Origin: Octopus sinensis
Lineage: Eukaryota
Length of the DNA: 64,000 bases
Reading direction: 5' to 3'
Assembly (NCBI RefSeq): GCF_006345805.1
Contig: NC_043017.1
Location: forward strand, 6,758,001 to 6,822,000
Shown: piece after piece, positions 40,461 through 53,468 of the stretch
How positions within the stretch are numbered: position 1 is the first letter of the stretch
Layout of the letters: every line of letters starts with the position of its first letter
The notes under the pieces: generated by a model
The model's database searches: none
What the model saw: the letters and a program-made list of their open reading frames with translations, nothing else
What the model was told of the DNA's origin: nothing
Program-made: the position numbers and the translations under genes

Positions 40461-41384
40461 CTGACTGTGAACTTCTCCTATGTAGAAATAACCATCTTCG
40501 TAGTTTTGGGCGAGAACTTTCTTCCCAATAAGAATGGCGCCCGCTCCGGGTGAGAGATAAGGAGAAATGTCAAACTGTTTGCTTCCGAGGCAAGCTTTAG
40601 ATAGATAATAGGGAAACACGTCTGCTGTTGGATAATATTGAGGTTTCGTCGTGGTTGCCATTCCAATGCCAAATGGATACATGACTGGGTAAGAATTCGG
40701 AACCAAGCTAGGATTAGGGTCGACTTGTAGAGTACTTGTTACACTACATGTTTTCTCTGGTGAATATCGATCTCCCGAAGTTGATCGAATTACATTTTGT
40801 CTTTCATTGTTTGAGGAATACAATAATTTAGGATAAGAAAAACTGTAATCTTCATGTGGTGCTTGGAAAATACAGTAAGTTCCATGAGTTTCTAGAGAAA
40901 GATCTTCCAGGAAGTTTTCTACAACATCGTCAGGCAGATCGCCAGTAAAATATATACAATGAATAGGGCAGCCTTTACTTAGAGGAATTATTTCATCTAA
41001 AATGGCGTCGGGATGCTGGTCAGGTTGGCTACACGTCACAAAATACACAGCATCGATGCAATCTTGTCTAAACGCCGAACGGAGAGCCTCTAACGTATTG
41101 CATCCGGTTCTAGCCGATAGTTCATTTAGCCAATCAATAGCCATACGGACAGTTTCGTGTGTACTGCAGATTAATTTATCAGCCCAGGCTAAAACTCTAG
41201 AACTGAACTCAATAATATTGAAATATATTTTCCTTTCGTTGGCAGCCATTTTCTCTAGTGTGAGTTGCAAATGATTTTTCACAATAGGTAATAGTGGTAG
41301 CATATTACCCGATGTCTCAATACAAAACAACACATTTTTCTGTGAGATTTCACCAAAGATGTTCTTGCAATAACTTTCAGTCAT
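40461..41384 (-). CDS. VWA3B/C11orf16-like protein, coding exon 1 (VWA domain)
   Basis: 308 codons; VLFCIETSGNM, FNIIEFS, TNT-like GCNTLEAL, DAVYFVT and IHCIYF motifs typical of VWA3-type vWA domains; donor CAG|GTGAGT; upstream acceptor at 41503. Confidence 0.85.
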
Positions 41385-43348
41385 TTTCGTTAAAATTGCG
41401 TTTATTTAATTAATTATTTATTTTAGATTTCTTTTCACCCCTTCTTTTATCTTCTTCTTTTTTTCTTTCACACTTCTGCTTAAGTTGTCTTTATAGAATC
41501 GACCTGAATTGGAAAGGAAAATTAGTTTAAAAATTAGATATTATTATCACCCCCCCCCCATACTGCTTTTCTTTGTTCTTCAACACGACTCCCACCCTAA
41601 TAATAATAATAATCCTTTCTTCTAGAGGCACAAGGCCTCAGATTTAGTGGGAGGGGACTAGTCGATTATATCGACCCCAGTGGTTCACTGGTACTTAATT
41701 TATCGACTCCGAAAGGACGAAAACAAAGTCGACCTCGGCGGAATTTGAACTCAGAACGTAGCGACGAGCGAGAAACCGCATTTCGTCCAGCGTGCTAACG
41801 ACTTTGCCAGCTTGCCGTCCAAATAATAATAATAACAACAACAACAACAACAGCAGCAGCAGCAGCAACAATATGGTGAAGCATAGTATAACTTTTTTCT
41901 TTATTAACCATTATGGCCTTAGATGAAGATTGGACAAAACAAGGACAGACAAGGGGTCAGGGATCGAATGCGAATAACAACGTGATAAAATAAAGATAAA
42001 ATTACAAAAATGCAATACGATAATGAAAAGCCAATGATTAACAATGATGAAGCGAGGGACGTGGTCGATCCCACGAACCACATTCCAACACTGAAACCTT
42101 TTTTTTTTTCATGCGTTTGTGTTCTTGCTCAAACAGGGTTCACTCACTCTCAACACACTTGCTACCATCTTCCATCTTTTCCGAAACACTCCGTGCGACA
42201 GGCACCTCTTCTCCAGCCTTATTTTTCTTTTCATATGGAAAAAGAAGAAAAATGTTAACCAACCCAAAGCTGGAGATGAAAAGAGGAATGCTATAACTAA
42301 GAATATATGGAGATCTCCGTGTCGCACCTTGTCGTCCACATTCTATCGGACTGTTTCCTGAGTTCACCACCACCACCACTACCACCACCACCACCACCAC
42401 CAAAAACAACAACAGCAACAATGACCTTCGTGTTCCATGTTAACTTGTAACTCCTTTCTCCGTGTCCACCTTTTTCTCCTCCTCCTCCTCCTCCCCATAC
42501 TACTACTACTACTACTACTACTGCTGCTGCTGCTACTAACGACTGGCACCGTCCTGGTCAGTTTTCTGCTCAAATATGCCTCATGTCCGCACATGCTTGG
42601 ACAAGTTCCATCGTCCCTCGAGGTCAGAGATCGATCGACGCCAGCTTATCAATACCAATATCTCAAATACATGCTTCGTATCGATTTCCTGCCGCGCATG
42701 GGGTAACATTCACACACACACACAAACATACACATACATTCATAAACACATGGCATACACAACACACATATACACACATACATATACACACATATATACA
42801 TACACGCATACACATTCACACACACATATACATACGCATACACGCATACACATATACACATATATACACCTACATGTACACACACACACACACACACACA
42901 CTCTCTCTCTCTCTCTCTCTATTTAAAGCTGGACGCTTTTAAATTGCAAACCATTCGTTTCACGATGTTCTTTATTGAAATCATCAACAGCATAAACTCC
43001 GAGTTGTGATTCTAGAAGCCTCAGCATCGAGTAGAGAAATATAGAAATAAAGAAAGTCTGTTTTATTCGTTCAGTAATTTTTCCCTCCTTTCTAAAATGA
43101 AACGTCCATTTAGCCCAGCACACACACACATGTATGTATATATTGTATATTCTTTTCTGTTCTAGGCACAAGGCCCGAAATTTCGGGGCAGGGAGCCAGT
43201 CGATTAGATCGACCCCAGTACGCACCTGGTGCTTAATCTATCGACCTCGAAAGGATGAAAAGGCGAAGTCAACCTCGGTGGGATTTGAACTCAGAACGCA
43301 AAGACAGACGAAATACTACTAAGCATTTCGCCCGGAACTTGTCGCTTT

Positions 43349-43426
<78 letters not shown>

Positions 43427-43659
43427 CATACATATATATATTATATATATATATATATATAGATATATATATATATATATACATACATACATATATATAT
43501 ATACACATACATATATATACACATGCATATATATACACATACATATATTATATATACATACATATATATATATATATATATAACATACATACATATATAT
43601 ATATATACACATACATATATATACACATGCATATATATACACATACATATATATACATA

Positions 43660-43965
43660 TGGCTCAATGGTTAGAGCGTCGAGCTTACGATCGTGAGGTT
43701 GTGAGCTCGAATCCCGGTCCGGGCTGCGTGTTGTGTTCTTGAGCAAAGCACTTTATTTTCACGTTGCTCCAGTTCACTCAGGTGCCAAGCTGTATCGACC
43801 TTTGTCTTTCCCTTGGATAAACACTGTTGGCGTGGAGAGGGGAGGCTAGTATGCATGGGCGACTGCTGGCCTTCCATAAACAACCTTGCCCGGACTTGTG
43901 TCTAGGAGGGTAACTTTCTAGGTGCAATCCCATGGTCATTCATGACCGAAGGGGGTCTTTACCCT
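43660..43965 (+). mobile_element. tRNA-headed SINE, family E
   Basis: tggctcaatggttagagcgtc...ctcgaatccc head, ttgagcaaagcacttt core. Confidence 0.75.
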
Positions 43966-44002
43966 TTTATATATATATATACATACATATATATATATAT
44001 AC

Positions 44003-44066
<64 letters not shown>

Positions 44067-44578
44067 ATATACATATATAATATATATGTATACACACACA
44101 CACACACACAGCACATAATATATATATATATATATACGTACATATATATATATATACATATATATGTACGTATATTATGTGTGTGGTGTGCGTGTGTGTA
44201 CATATATATTTATATATGTGTATATATATATAATATATATATTATAAACGCAGACATGACTGTGTGGTAAGAGGCTTGCTTCCTAACCACACTCCACCAC
44301 TACCACCTAACAGCAGTTAGACAGAAACCAGCCACCAGCATCGTGCGTATTTTGAAAGAAAAACAAGAGAAGTTTTAAAGTTGATATCATGATCGATTAA
44401 TTTGACTTAATTTAATTTATTTCATTTCCCTTCTTTTACTGTATGACTAAATCGTTTTATAAAGGTTGAAACCGGTAGCATATTCTGATGAAAATATAAA
44501 AATATAAATATTTTCTTTCCGTTGTCCATGATAAAATTCTCAAACCATTTTCTTCTTTTGTTTCACACACACGCGCTC

Positions 44579-44620
<42 letters not shown>

Positions 44621-44975
44621 TGTGTGAGAGAGGAAGGGAGAGCCAGTTCATAAAATACTCAGATACTAAATACTTTATGAACAAATTCTTTTGTTTTGTT
44701 TTCTGTCTGTACTCTGTGACCCAATCAACTATAGAGTACAACTAGATAAAACTGGAATATATACGTATGGGCATGTATACATAGACACACACACACACAC
44801 ACACATATACATACATATATTGACACACACACACACAAATATATATAAGGATAGATAGATATGGATATAAACATGCACATATATATGGAGAGATAGGTGG
44901 AAAGCGGGTAAGAGTGGTGTGCTTATACATATACATATATATACACACACAACACATTATATAGAAATGAAAACG

Positions 44976-45030
44976 TTCCCCTGCCGGGCCGCATGGGTGA
45001 ATGCCAGGAATCCTAACCATTAGATCACAC
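44976..45030 (-). pseudogene. tRNA-Glu(TTC)-derived pseudogene lacking the T arm
   Basis: ggttaggattcctggcattcacccatgcggcccgg closely matches eukaryotic tRNA-Glu(TTC); GTTCGA..CCCGG segment missing. Confidence 0.6.
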
Positions 45031-45184
45031 ACCTAATGCATATCCTTTCAAGTAACCGATTCTATCAGAATTCTTACTACTACTACTACTACTGCTGCTG
45101 CTATATATATATATAATATATATGCACATACACGTACATATACATATATATATGCGTGTGTGTGTATCTATCTATCTGTCTTTC

Positions 45185-45267
<83 letters not shown>

Positions 45268-45885
45268 GTCCGTCCGTCCATCCATCCATCCATCCACCCA
45301 CCCACCCGTCTATCTATCTATCTATCTAGAAAATTTCATTAAAAAATATCTATTCTCTTGAAACTTAAGACGAATTGAAGTGGACAGCGGCGAATTTTCC
45401 GAAATTCCTCACCCCATTCCCTCCTAAAACACTCCCCCCCCCCCGCCTTAAGTTTTGTATATTCGGAATCTGCATGATATAACACATTCGTAGAAAATTT
45501 CATTAAAAAATATCCATTTTTCTGAAAGTTATGATCATCCAAAGTCGGTTGGGGGCGGGGAACAGGAATCTTTAGTTATGCCAGTATGTGTATGTATGCG
45601 TGTGCTTATGTATGTATATGTGTGTATGTATGTATATATATTATATATTATGTGTGTATGTGCGTTTATATGTATGTATGTATGTATGAATGTATGTGTG
45701 TATGTATGATTGTGCTTATGTATGTACGTATGTATATGTGTATGAATGTATATGTGTGTATGTATATATATATATATATTATATGTATGTATGTGTGTGT
45801 GTATGTTCTCGCTAGTTGTGGCGCTCAAGAAACATACGATCATATCTACATGCAACTCATATAATACACGTAAATTTATACTTAC

Positions 45886-46000
45886 CCTCTTCTAAAACCG
45901 AACACTGCTGAAGCACAACAACAAGAACAGCAACTGAGAAAGCGGGAAGATCCAATAATCTGGTGTCACGCACTTGTTGACGAATGCACAACACAAACAT
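45886..46000 (-). CDS. Candidate first exon / uORF: MFVLCIRQQVRDTRLLDLPAFSVAVLVVVLQQCSVLEE
   Basis: ATG plus hydrophobic stretch plus strong donor G|GTAAGT; unique sequence head-to-head with NDUFB2; splice partner unproven. Confidence 0.4.
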
Positions 46001-46088
46001 AGCAACAGCAGACGCTAAGCCAGTTGGCAAGGGGCAGATAACTAGGTCGACTGTTTTTTTTTTCGAAGACGTTGCGTTTTTACAGAAA

Positions 46089-46484
46089 CTAGCAGTATCA
46101 CCCGGCGTTGCTCGGGTTTGTTTCGACCCTTTAGAATTGGGATTTTTGAAAAGTAAAAATGTTGCATTATGTAGCTTGTTTTTCTCTTTAAGTGAACATT
46201 TTTCTGGTTGAAATACACCGAAAAATGGTGACATAGCAGTCAAAAAATCGTTAAAAAATAGGGATTTTCATAGAAAAAAAAAAGCACCTTTTTAATGTAA
46301 ATAATTTTTGGTGTTAACATGGTCCGATTTGAATTTTTTCTTCTGTGGAAGGAAGAGCAAACCTTCTTCTATCATACTCTCAGTTTTGGTCAATTTGCGC
46401 CGCAGGGTCTTGGAGGAGATAGCGTTAGTTGAAGGCTACCAAACCTGCCAGATACAGACAACTTCAGCTTTATATATAGAGAGA
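46089..46484 (-). mobile_element. Non-autonomous Helitron, second family
   Basis: Minus strand A|TCTCTCTATATAT...CCCGAGCAACGCCGGG...CTAG|T; 3'-truncated copy at 58290-58629 (+). Confidence 0.78.
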
Positions 46485-47892
46485 TTTCACTTATTAATAT
46501 AAATGTGAAACACTAAAGCGGCAAGTTGGCAGAATATATAGAGATGTATGTACGTATGTATGTGTTTATGTATGTGTGTGTATGTATGTACGTATGTATG
46601 TCTGTGTGTATGTATGTATGTACGTATGTGTGTGTGTGTGTATGTTAGCTTTACACACATCTCATCAAACCTTAATGGGAGGAGAAAAGGCCCCGTGGTT
46701 ATTTTAGGGGCACGCATACAAAGGAGTGAGGGGTGTCAAGCGCAAGGGATTGTCTCCCTTTGACCACTACCTGGAATCTCCCGAATCGGTCGGTTTGCGG
46801 GTCCCAGGAGTTTAATGTTTACGTTCCCATTATTTAACGGTTCGGCAGAATGGACCGATGGAGTAAGTACCAGGCTTACTTCTTCGACTAAAAGCCCTGG
46901 GCGGAACCCCAGCATGGCCACAGCCAAATGACTGGAGCATGTAAAAGACACATAGTACAGTTTGATATATTTTAAGTGCATCAATAAATATGAAACAAAC
47001 CGTTCTTTATTTTTTCATAGTTATTTCATATTTTAAGAATATTTTTAGATATTCTCCAGAAAACCGGAAAATATCCAGAAATCCGGGATATTGCCGGTCC
47101 CAAGTTTATAGGATATTTGGTCCGGTACTGTAATAGATTAAAACTGTATCGACTCTAATCAAAAATGCTTTTTCTTTCATTGTATTTTCAAACATGGTCT
47201 CAAAGCTATACATTTTGTGGTCGAGTATACTGTCAATTGTATCACAAATTACATCACACCAATTTTATTTTATCGACCCTGGAAGGATAAAAAGTTGACG
47301 CCAGTGAGGTTTGAACACCGGAATGTCAAGAGAGATAACTCGGTTGTAATGAATATTAATTGTAATTATTTTATTTTGGATGTTTACAAATTTGAGAATT
47401 TAACGAAGAAAATCTATGAAAAAAATAAAAATTATTTAGAAAAATAGTTTTAGAGAAATATTATAAAAAAAAAGGGAAAATTAGAAATAGCTGAAAGAAT
47501 AAAAACTGTCGAATGCCGCTTGTATCGATATCCCAGAATGCAATTGGTGAGAGTGAAAAACCTGAATTGAGAAGGAAGAGAGGGGGAGAGAGAGAGACAG
47601 AGAAAAGAAGAGAGTGAAGGGGAGAAATAGAGCGATAGACAAGTAGACAGGCAGAGGGGGATAGATGAATAGACAAAGAGGAAGGAAGACAAGAAAGGGA
47701 GAGAAATAGAGCGATAGACAAGTAGAGGGGGAGAGAGGAGAGAGCAATAGACAAAGAGGGAGGAAGACAAGAAAGAGATATAGAGCGACAGATAGATACA
47801 GAGAGAGGAAAATAGGGCGATAGAGTAAAAGAGATAGAGAGAGGGAAACAGAAAGCTAGAGAGTGCGTGTGTGTCTGTAGAAGGAAGCAGCG

Positions 47893-47987
47893 ATGTCTGT
47901 CGCTCTTAGATTCCTCGGTTCTCTTCGAAAGTCCTGTCTTCGATCAACCAAACTCTCTCAACCTGTCCGATTTGGAGGCGGTGGAAA
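47893..47987 (+). CDS. NDUFB2: NADH dehydrogenase 1 beta subcomplex subunit 2 (AGGG), exon 1: mitochondrial presequence MSVALRFLGSLRKSCLRSTKLSQPVRFGGGG
   Basis: Arg/Ser/Leu-rich presequence with no acidic residues, ending in GGGG; donor AA|GTGAGT. Confidence 0.85.
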
Positions 47988-48930
47988 GTGAGTTATTGCT
48001 TAATATGATATTAAATTTGCATTTATATTGTTTAAATGTTGTAAATGTATTTTAATATTTATTATATTTAAACTCCATCTCTCGTTCTCTCCTGTTTGAC
48101 CTTTAAATTACAACAAACAAACAAGGGACGGATCATCTGTGCCTGGTTGAAGATAATTGTATTCCCCTAGAATTAAATTATACATCGTGTTATTGAAAAA
48201 TAAAAAAAAAAGGATAGCAACAACAAAAACGGTAGGTTTGTCACGGCTGGAACCCGTCGTTCACAGATCTGCTCAGTCAGGTCTGACCCAGGGTTAAACA
48301 ACTAATTAAACGTGGTTGGAACTTAGCAAAGTCCTTCACGACGGCTTCTTGTACCGTGGAAAATCAATTAATATATTTAATTAATTTACGATCGGGGCGA
48401 CGACAAAAATCTTTAATTATTTAAACCCAAAGTAATTATTAGTATAAACTCTATACAAAATAATAATTTAGAAGTCGCATCTGTTCTGAAATAGCAACTA
48501 TATTGCCCTAGAATCACATCTTACCGTGTGCTTCATTAACGAAAAATAAGAAAGGAAACTACAAAAACTGTGGATTTGTCACGGTTAGAACGCCTTTGAT
48601 CGTGGATTAAACACAAACGTGGTGAGAGCTTGGTAATTTGTGATGAAGGTTAATTAATAAACAAGAAACGGCCTCGTCCAGGTGGTCCCTCTTTTACTAA
48701 CCACGCCAGAGGTTGTGTAATTAATAGAACAGACCTTCGCGATTGTCTCCTTTACCTTGGAAATTTAATTAATTATATTAATATATTTGTTTAATTTACG
48801 AACAATGTGAAGGTCACAATATTTAGCTATAAAGCCCGGGTAATCGTTGGCATATATGCTAAACAAACATTCATTTTAGAGGTCGAAAACCTCATTATTT
48901 GCTCGCATCTGTTACGAAATAATAACTCTG

Positions 48931-49345
48931 GAATCTTTTCGGTTTGAACGGCAGTTTTTTTCTAGTGGTGTCATATGAAATTGTCACCCATAATTATGAC
49001 CCTAGTATCGATCTACTGCATTTCAATCTGTTAGGTTTAGGGGTGGGGGGAAGGGTATCTTTTTTTCTTCACAAATGTAAATAAACCCAATCTGTTTCTT
49101 AAACGAGGGACATATTCATACGGCACAGAATGTTTTTTTTTTTACCTCAATAGACGTCAGTGATTGGTTGAAATTGCAGAAATTAAAGAAAAAAGCAACA
49201 AATATTTTACAAACTATAGAATTTTCTCAATAAAGTCAAGAGAAAAAAATGTTTTATAAACACATTCTACCAGTATACGAAGTTTAAAATTTTTTAATTA
49301 CGTGGAAATTATTTAAAAAAACTGCCGTTCAAACCGAAAAGATCC
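48931..49345. mobile_element. MITE with about 28-bp TIRs and 8-bp TSD (Merlin- or hAT-like)
   Basis: TIR G(A/G)ATCTTTTCGGTTTGAACGGCAGTTTTT at both ends; flanks taactctg / caactctg. Confidence 0.8.
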
Positions 49346-50815
49346 CAACTCTGAATTACATCTTGCCGTGTTTTAAAACAAAGCAAAACAGAACAAGAAA
49401 TAACAAAAACTATAGGGTTGTTCACGTTTGTATCGCCTTTGATCATAGATTTGCTGCGTCGAGTCTGACCTAGGGCTGAACATAAACTAAACGTGGTAGG
49501 AATTTTGCAATTAGGGGTGAAGGTTAATAAACTAGAAATGGCGTTGCCCCGTGGGTCCCTCTTTTTCGATCCATCCTGAGTTATAGAAAAAATGACATGA
49601 CAGACCTCAGCCAATGTCCTGTATCTTGGATATTTAATTAATCGAATTTGATTTATTTAATATACGGATGATGTGACGGCTGAAATCTTCGACTTTAAGC
49701 CACAGGAATCTTTTAAAAAGTTTATTTGCTCGCATCTTTAATGTTCATGAGAAAGGCATGAGTATCACAACAACACAATTTATCATCCTTCGTTGAGTTT
49801 TATATATAAATATTTCGTTTATTCTTTTACTTGTTTCAGTCATTTGACTGCGGCCATGCAGGAGCACCGCCTTTAAGGGTTTTAATCGAAGAAATCGACC
49901 CTCAGGACTTATTCTTTTTAAACCTAGTATTTATTCGGTCTATTTTGCCGAACTGCTAAGTTACGGGAGTCGTAAACACACCAACATCGGTTATCAAGCG
50001 ATTGGTGGAGTTGGGGGTGGGGCATGTGTCGAGAGGAATTCTTTGGGGTTTGAATAATTCACCTCTGGAAACATAGGTGTTTTGTTCAACATCCGTAAAC
50101 AACCTTTATTTAGGGACCTTTTGAGTGGTATGAGGTACTCAACCTGAAGAAAATTGTAACTGGGCCCCATCTGCAAGATCATGCACTGTTTATCTCAATA
50201 TGATATCACTATGTTGCACACATATGGTTGTGCCTGGTGTACCCTTTTCAGATGGGTAGTCATGATGGGTATATTGGGCTTTGTATATTTTACCCTAGAC
50301 TCACTTTGAGGGCATGCACTGCTCTCATCATCATCATCAAACGTCCGCTCTCCATGCTAGCATGGGTTGGATGAATGACTGAGGGCTGGCGAACCAGATG
50401 GCTGCACCAGGCTTCAATCTTGATCTGGCAGAGTTCTACCGCTGGATGCCCCTCCTAACGCCAACCACTTTGAGAGTGTAGTGGGTGCTTTTACGTGCCA
50501 GTCAGGCGGTACTGGCAACGACCTAACAGTAATAATCCTTTCTACTAAAGGCACAAGGCCTGAAATTTTTAGGAAGGGACCAGTCGATTACAGCGACCCC
50601 AGTGCTCAACTGGTACTTTATTTCATCAACTCCAAAAGGATGAAAAGCAAAGTCGACCTCGGCAGAATTTGAACTCAGAACATAAGGTTGGACAAAATAC
50701 TGCTAAGCATTTTGTCTGGCATGTTAACAATTCTGCCAATTTGCCATCTTAATAATATTATTAATGATGATAATAATAATAATAATGTAAATGTTTTTTC
50801 TATTTTTTTTTTCAG

Positions 50816-50938
50816 TTTTCGTATCGAGATGTACCCCCAGTTACAAACAAAACCATCCTTGTACTCTGTAATGTTGTGGGATTCACAGTCTGGTATTGGA
50901 TGATGTACAAGGTGTATCATGAGTTTGACCATATCGTC
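50816..50938 (+). CDS. NDUFB2: NDUFB2 exon 2: FSYRDVPPVTNKTILVLCNVVGFTVWYWMMYKVYHEFDHIV
   Basis: Not in ORF track; YR..PP and W.W TM motif and H..DH pattern of NDUFB2; acceptor ttttcag, donor GTC|GTGAGT. Confidence 0.9.
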
Positions 50939-52830
50939 GTGAGTATTGAATTCTTCTAATCTTCATCACTTCATGTTTTCACCCACTTCCACTCCTGCAA
51001 TCTACCAACACCATCTCTCCATCTCTCTCTCTCTCTCATGTCCTTCTCTTGTCTATTGTTTCATCATTGCTGTTCTGTTGCTTAGCTCTGCCAGTCATCC
51101 CCTACTCTCCCTCCAACCACCATTGCTCTCTGACTCCACTCGATCACTTTCACTTTCGCTCTTCTAAAATGTGAATAGTCACGTTGCCCCTCTACAGTGA
51201 AAGACCTGTTCTGCTCTGTTCCTTCCTCTTATATTTTTTAGCCATCTTTTGTCCCTTTTTCTCCTTGTATAAATTTACCCCTCCTCCTGCTTCCAGAGGG
51301 TTCATAGTCTTGTAAACTGCATGATGATCTTGCTAGTGATGGTGGCATGAAGAAGAGTACTCAATATGTGCTGTTTGGCATTGGGAAGAATATCCTGTGG
51401 TAGAAACCAATCCAAAACAGGCTGGAGTACAATGCAATGCTTGGGCCCATCAGATCTTGTCAAACCATCCAACCCATGCCAGCAGGGAAAACAGACATTA
51501 AACGATGATGGTGATGAGTTATAGAAACAGTGGAATATATTAGCATATGAAAGGTACATCATAAATTTTATATGCCAATGTTTGCATCTCTAGCAGCCAA
51601 GTGTTCACCATTGACAATCATCATCGTTTAACGTCCGCTTTCCATGCTAGCATGGGTTGGACGATTTTGACTGTGGGCTGGTGAACCGAGATGGCTGCAC
51701 CAGGCTCATTTCTTTATTTGACAGAGTTTCTACAACTGGATGCCCTTCCTGACACCAACCACTCTGAGAGTGTAGTGGGTGCTTTTTACGTGCCACCGGC
51801 ATGGGGGCCAGTCAGGTGGTACTGGCAACGACCTCGCTCGAATCCTTTTACACATGCCACCAGCACAGGTGCCAGTAAGGCGACGTTGGTAACGATGGCC
51901 ACAAATAAGCCTGAAACTGTTTTGGCTGGTGATGCTGTTATCTGCTAGAAGACCGTAGGGGTTTACTCCCCTACTTGCAATATATACTGGGTGCAGATTG
52001 CTTGGATGACCAACAGGAGGAGGCTCTTCCTGGGGTTAAAAACGGTAATAATGTCAAACAGACATATCGATGCAGTGGTAAACATTACTTCTTGTACTAG
52101 CTACAGCAGTGCATATTCTAAAACTGGAATGAGGCAGAAAAGATTAGTATGGCCCTTATGCAAACACTTGTGATGGGGGCGGGGCCTGATCGAGCAGACC
52201 AGGGCTTTAAGTCATTCCAACTGTGACCATTCTGTCGTTTTGGGGGTATCTCTATGACTACAATATTGAGTGTGCTCTGAGACAGGTTTGGTTGCTATTT
52301 CTAGCAATTTCTGTCTCTAGACAGTCACCACTTGTTGAAAATAGCACAGCATACCACACTGATATGTAGTACCACATTTCCACCATATGCCAAGTTGGAT
52401 CACCTTTGATCATAGATTTGCTGCGTCAGGTCTCACCTAGGGCTGAACATAAACTAAACGTGCTATGGACTTTGCAATTAGGGGTGGTGGTTAATAACCT
52501 AGAAATGGCGTTACCCCGTGAGTCCCTCTTTTTCTATCCAGTCTGAGGTATAGAAAAAATAACATATCAGGCTAAAAAGTCCTACCTGTTCTTTATTCAA
52601 ATTGACCACATTCAACCTTTCACACCTACCCTACAATGTCATTCTAAAAAGAAACAACCACATTATTAAAATCTTGAAGCTACGAGATAATGCATGATTA
52701 TTTCACAATGATATGAAAACTTAAACATTACAATTGACAAAGTAAGCTGGATACTTAAGGGTTATGCTAAAAGTACATGAGTTTCATAAATTGTGAAATT
52801 TTAATAAAAATTAAAATTATTTTGTCCTCC

Positions 52831-53224
52831 TAGGCACAGGAGTGGCTGTGTGGTAAGTAGCTTGCTAACCAACCACATGGTTCCGGGTTCAGTCCCACAG
52901 CGTGGCATCTTGGGCAAGTGTCTTCTGCTATAGCCCCGGGCCGACCAATGCATTGTGAGTGGATTTGGTAGACGGAAACTGAAAGAAGCCTGTCGTATAT
53001 ATGTATGTATATATATATATGTGTGTGTGTCTGTGTTTGTCCCCCTAGCATTGCTTGACAACCGATGCTGGTATGTTTACGTCCCCGTCACTTAACGGTT
53101 CTGCAAAAGAGACCGATAGAATAAGTACTGGGCTTACAAAGAATAAGTCCCGGGGTCGATTTGCTCGACTAAAGGCGATGCTCCAGCATGGCCACAGTCA
53201 AATGACTGAAACAAGTAAAAGAGT
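52831..53224 (+). mobile_element. SINE family A, full length
   Basis: Matches other copies end to end. Confidence 0.9.
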
Positions 53225-53468
53225 ATGCATGAAGTATGTTAACACCAACTTAAATATCTCTTATGTGAATTGAGGACACTCTGCACCAGTGAAGGGCAAA
53301 TGGGGTCCCCCATAGGGCTTTATGGATGGCACAAAAATTATCTTGAATAGTGTAGCCTGTCTCATGATAAGCCCGTTTCTTGAGAAAGATTTCTCATGCC
53401 TGATCTATGCGGCCACTTAACCTGCTAGAAATAGCTGCCTGGTTTTTCCTTGTGTCACACCTTACTGG

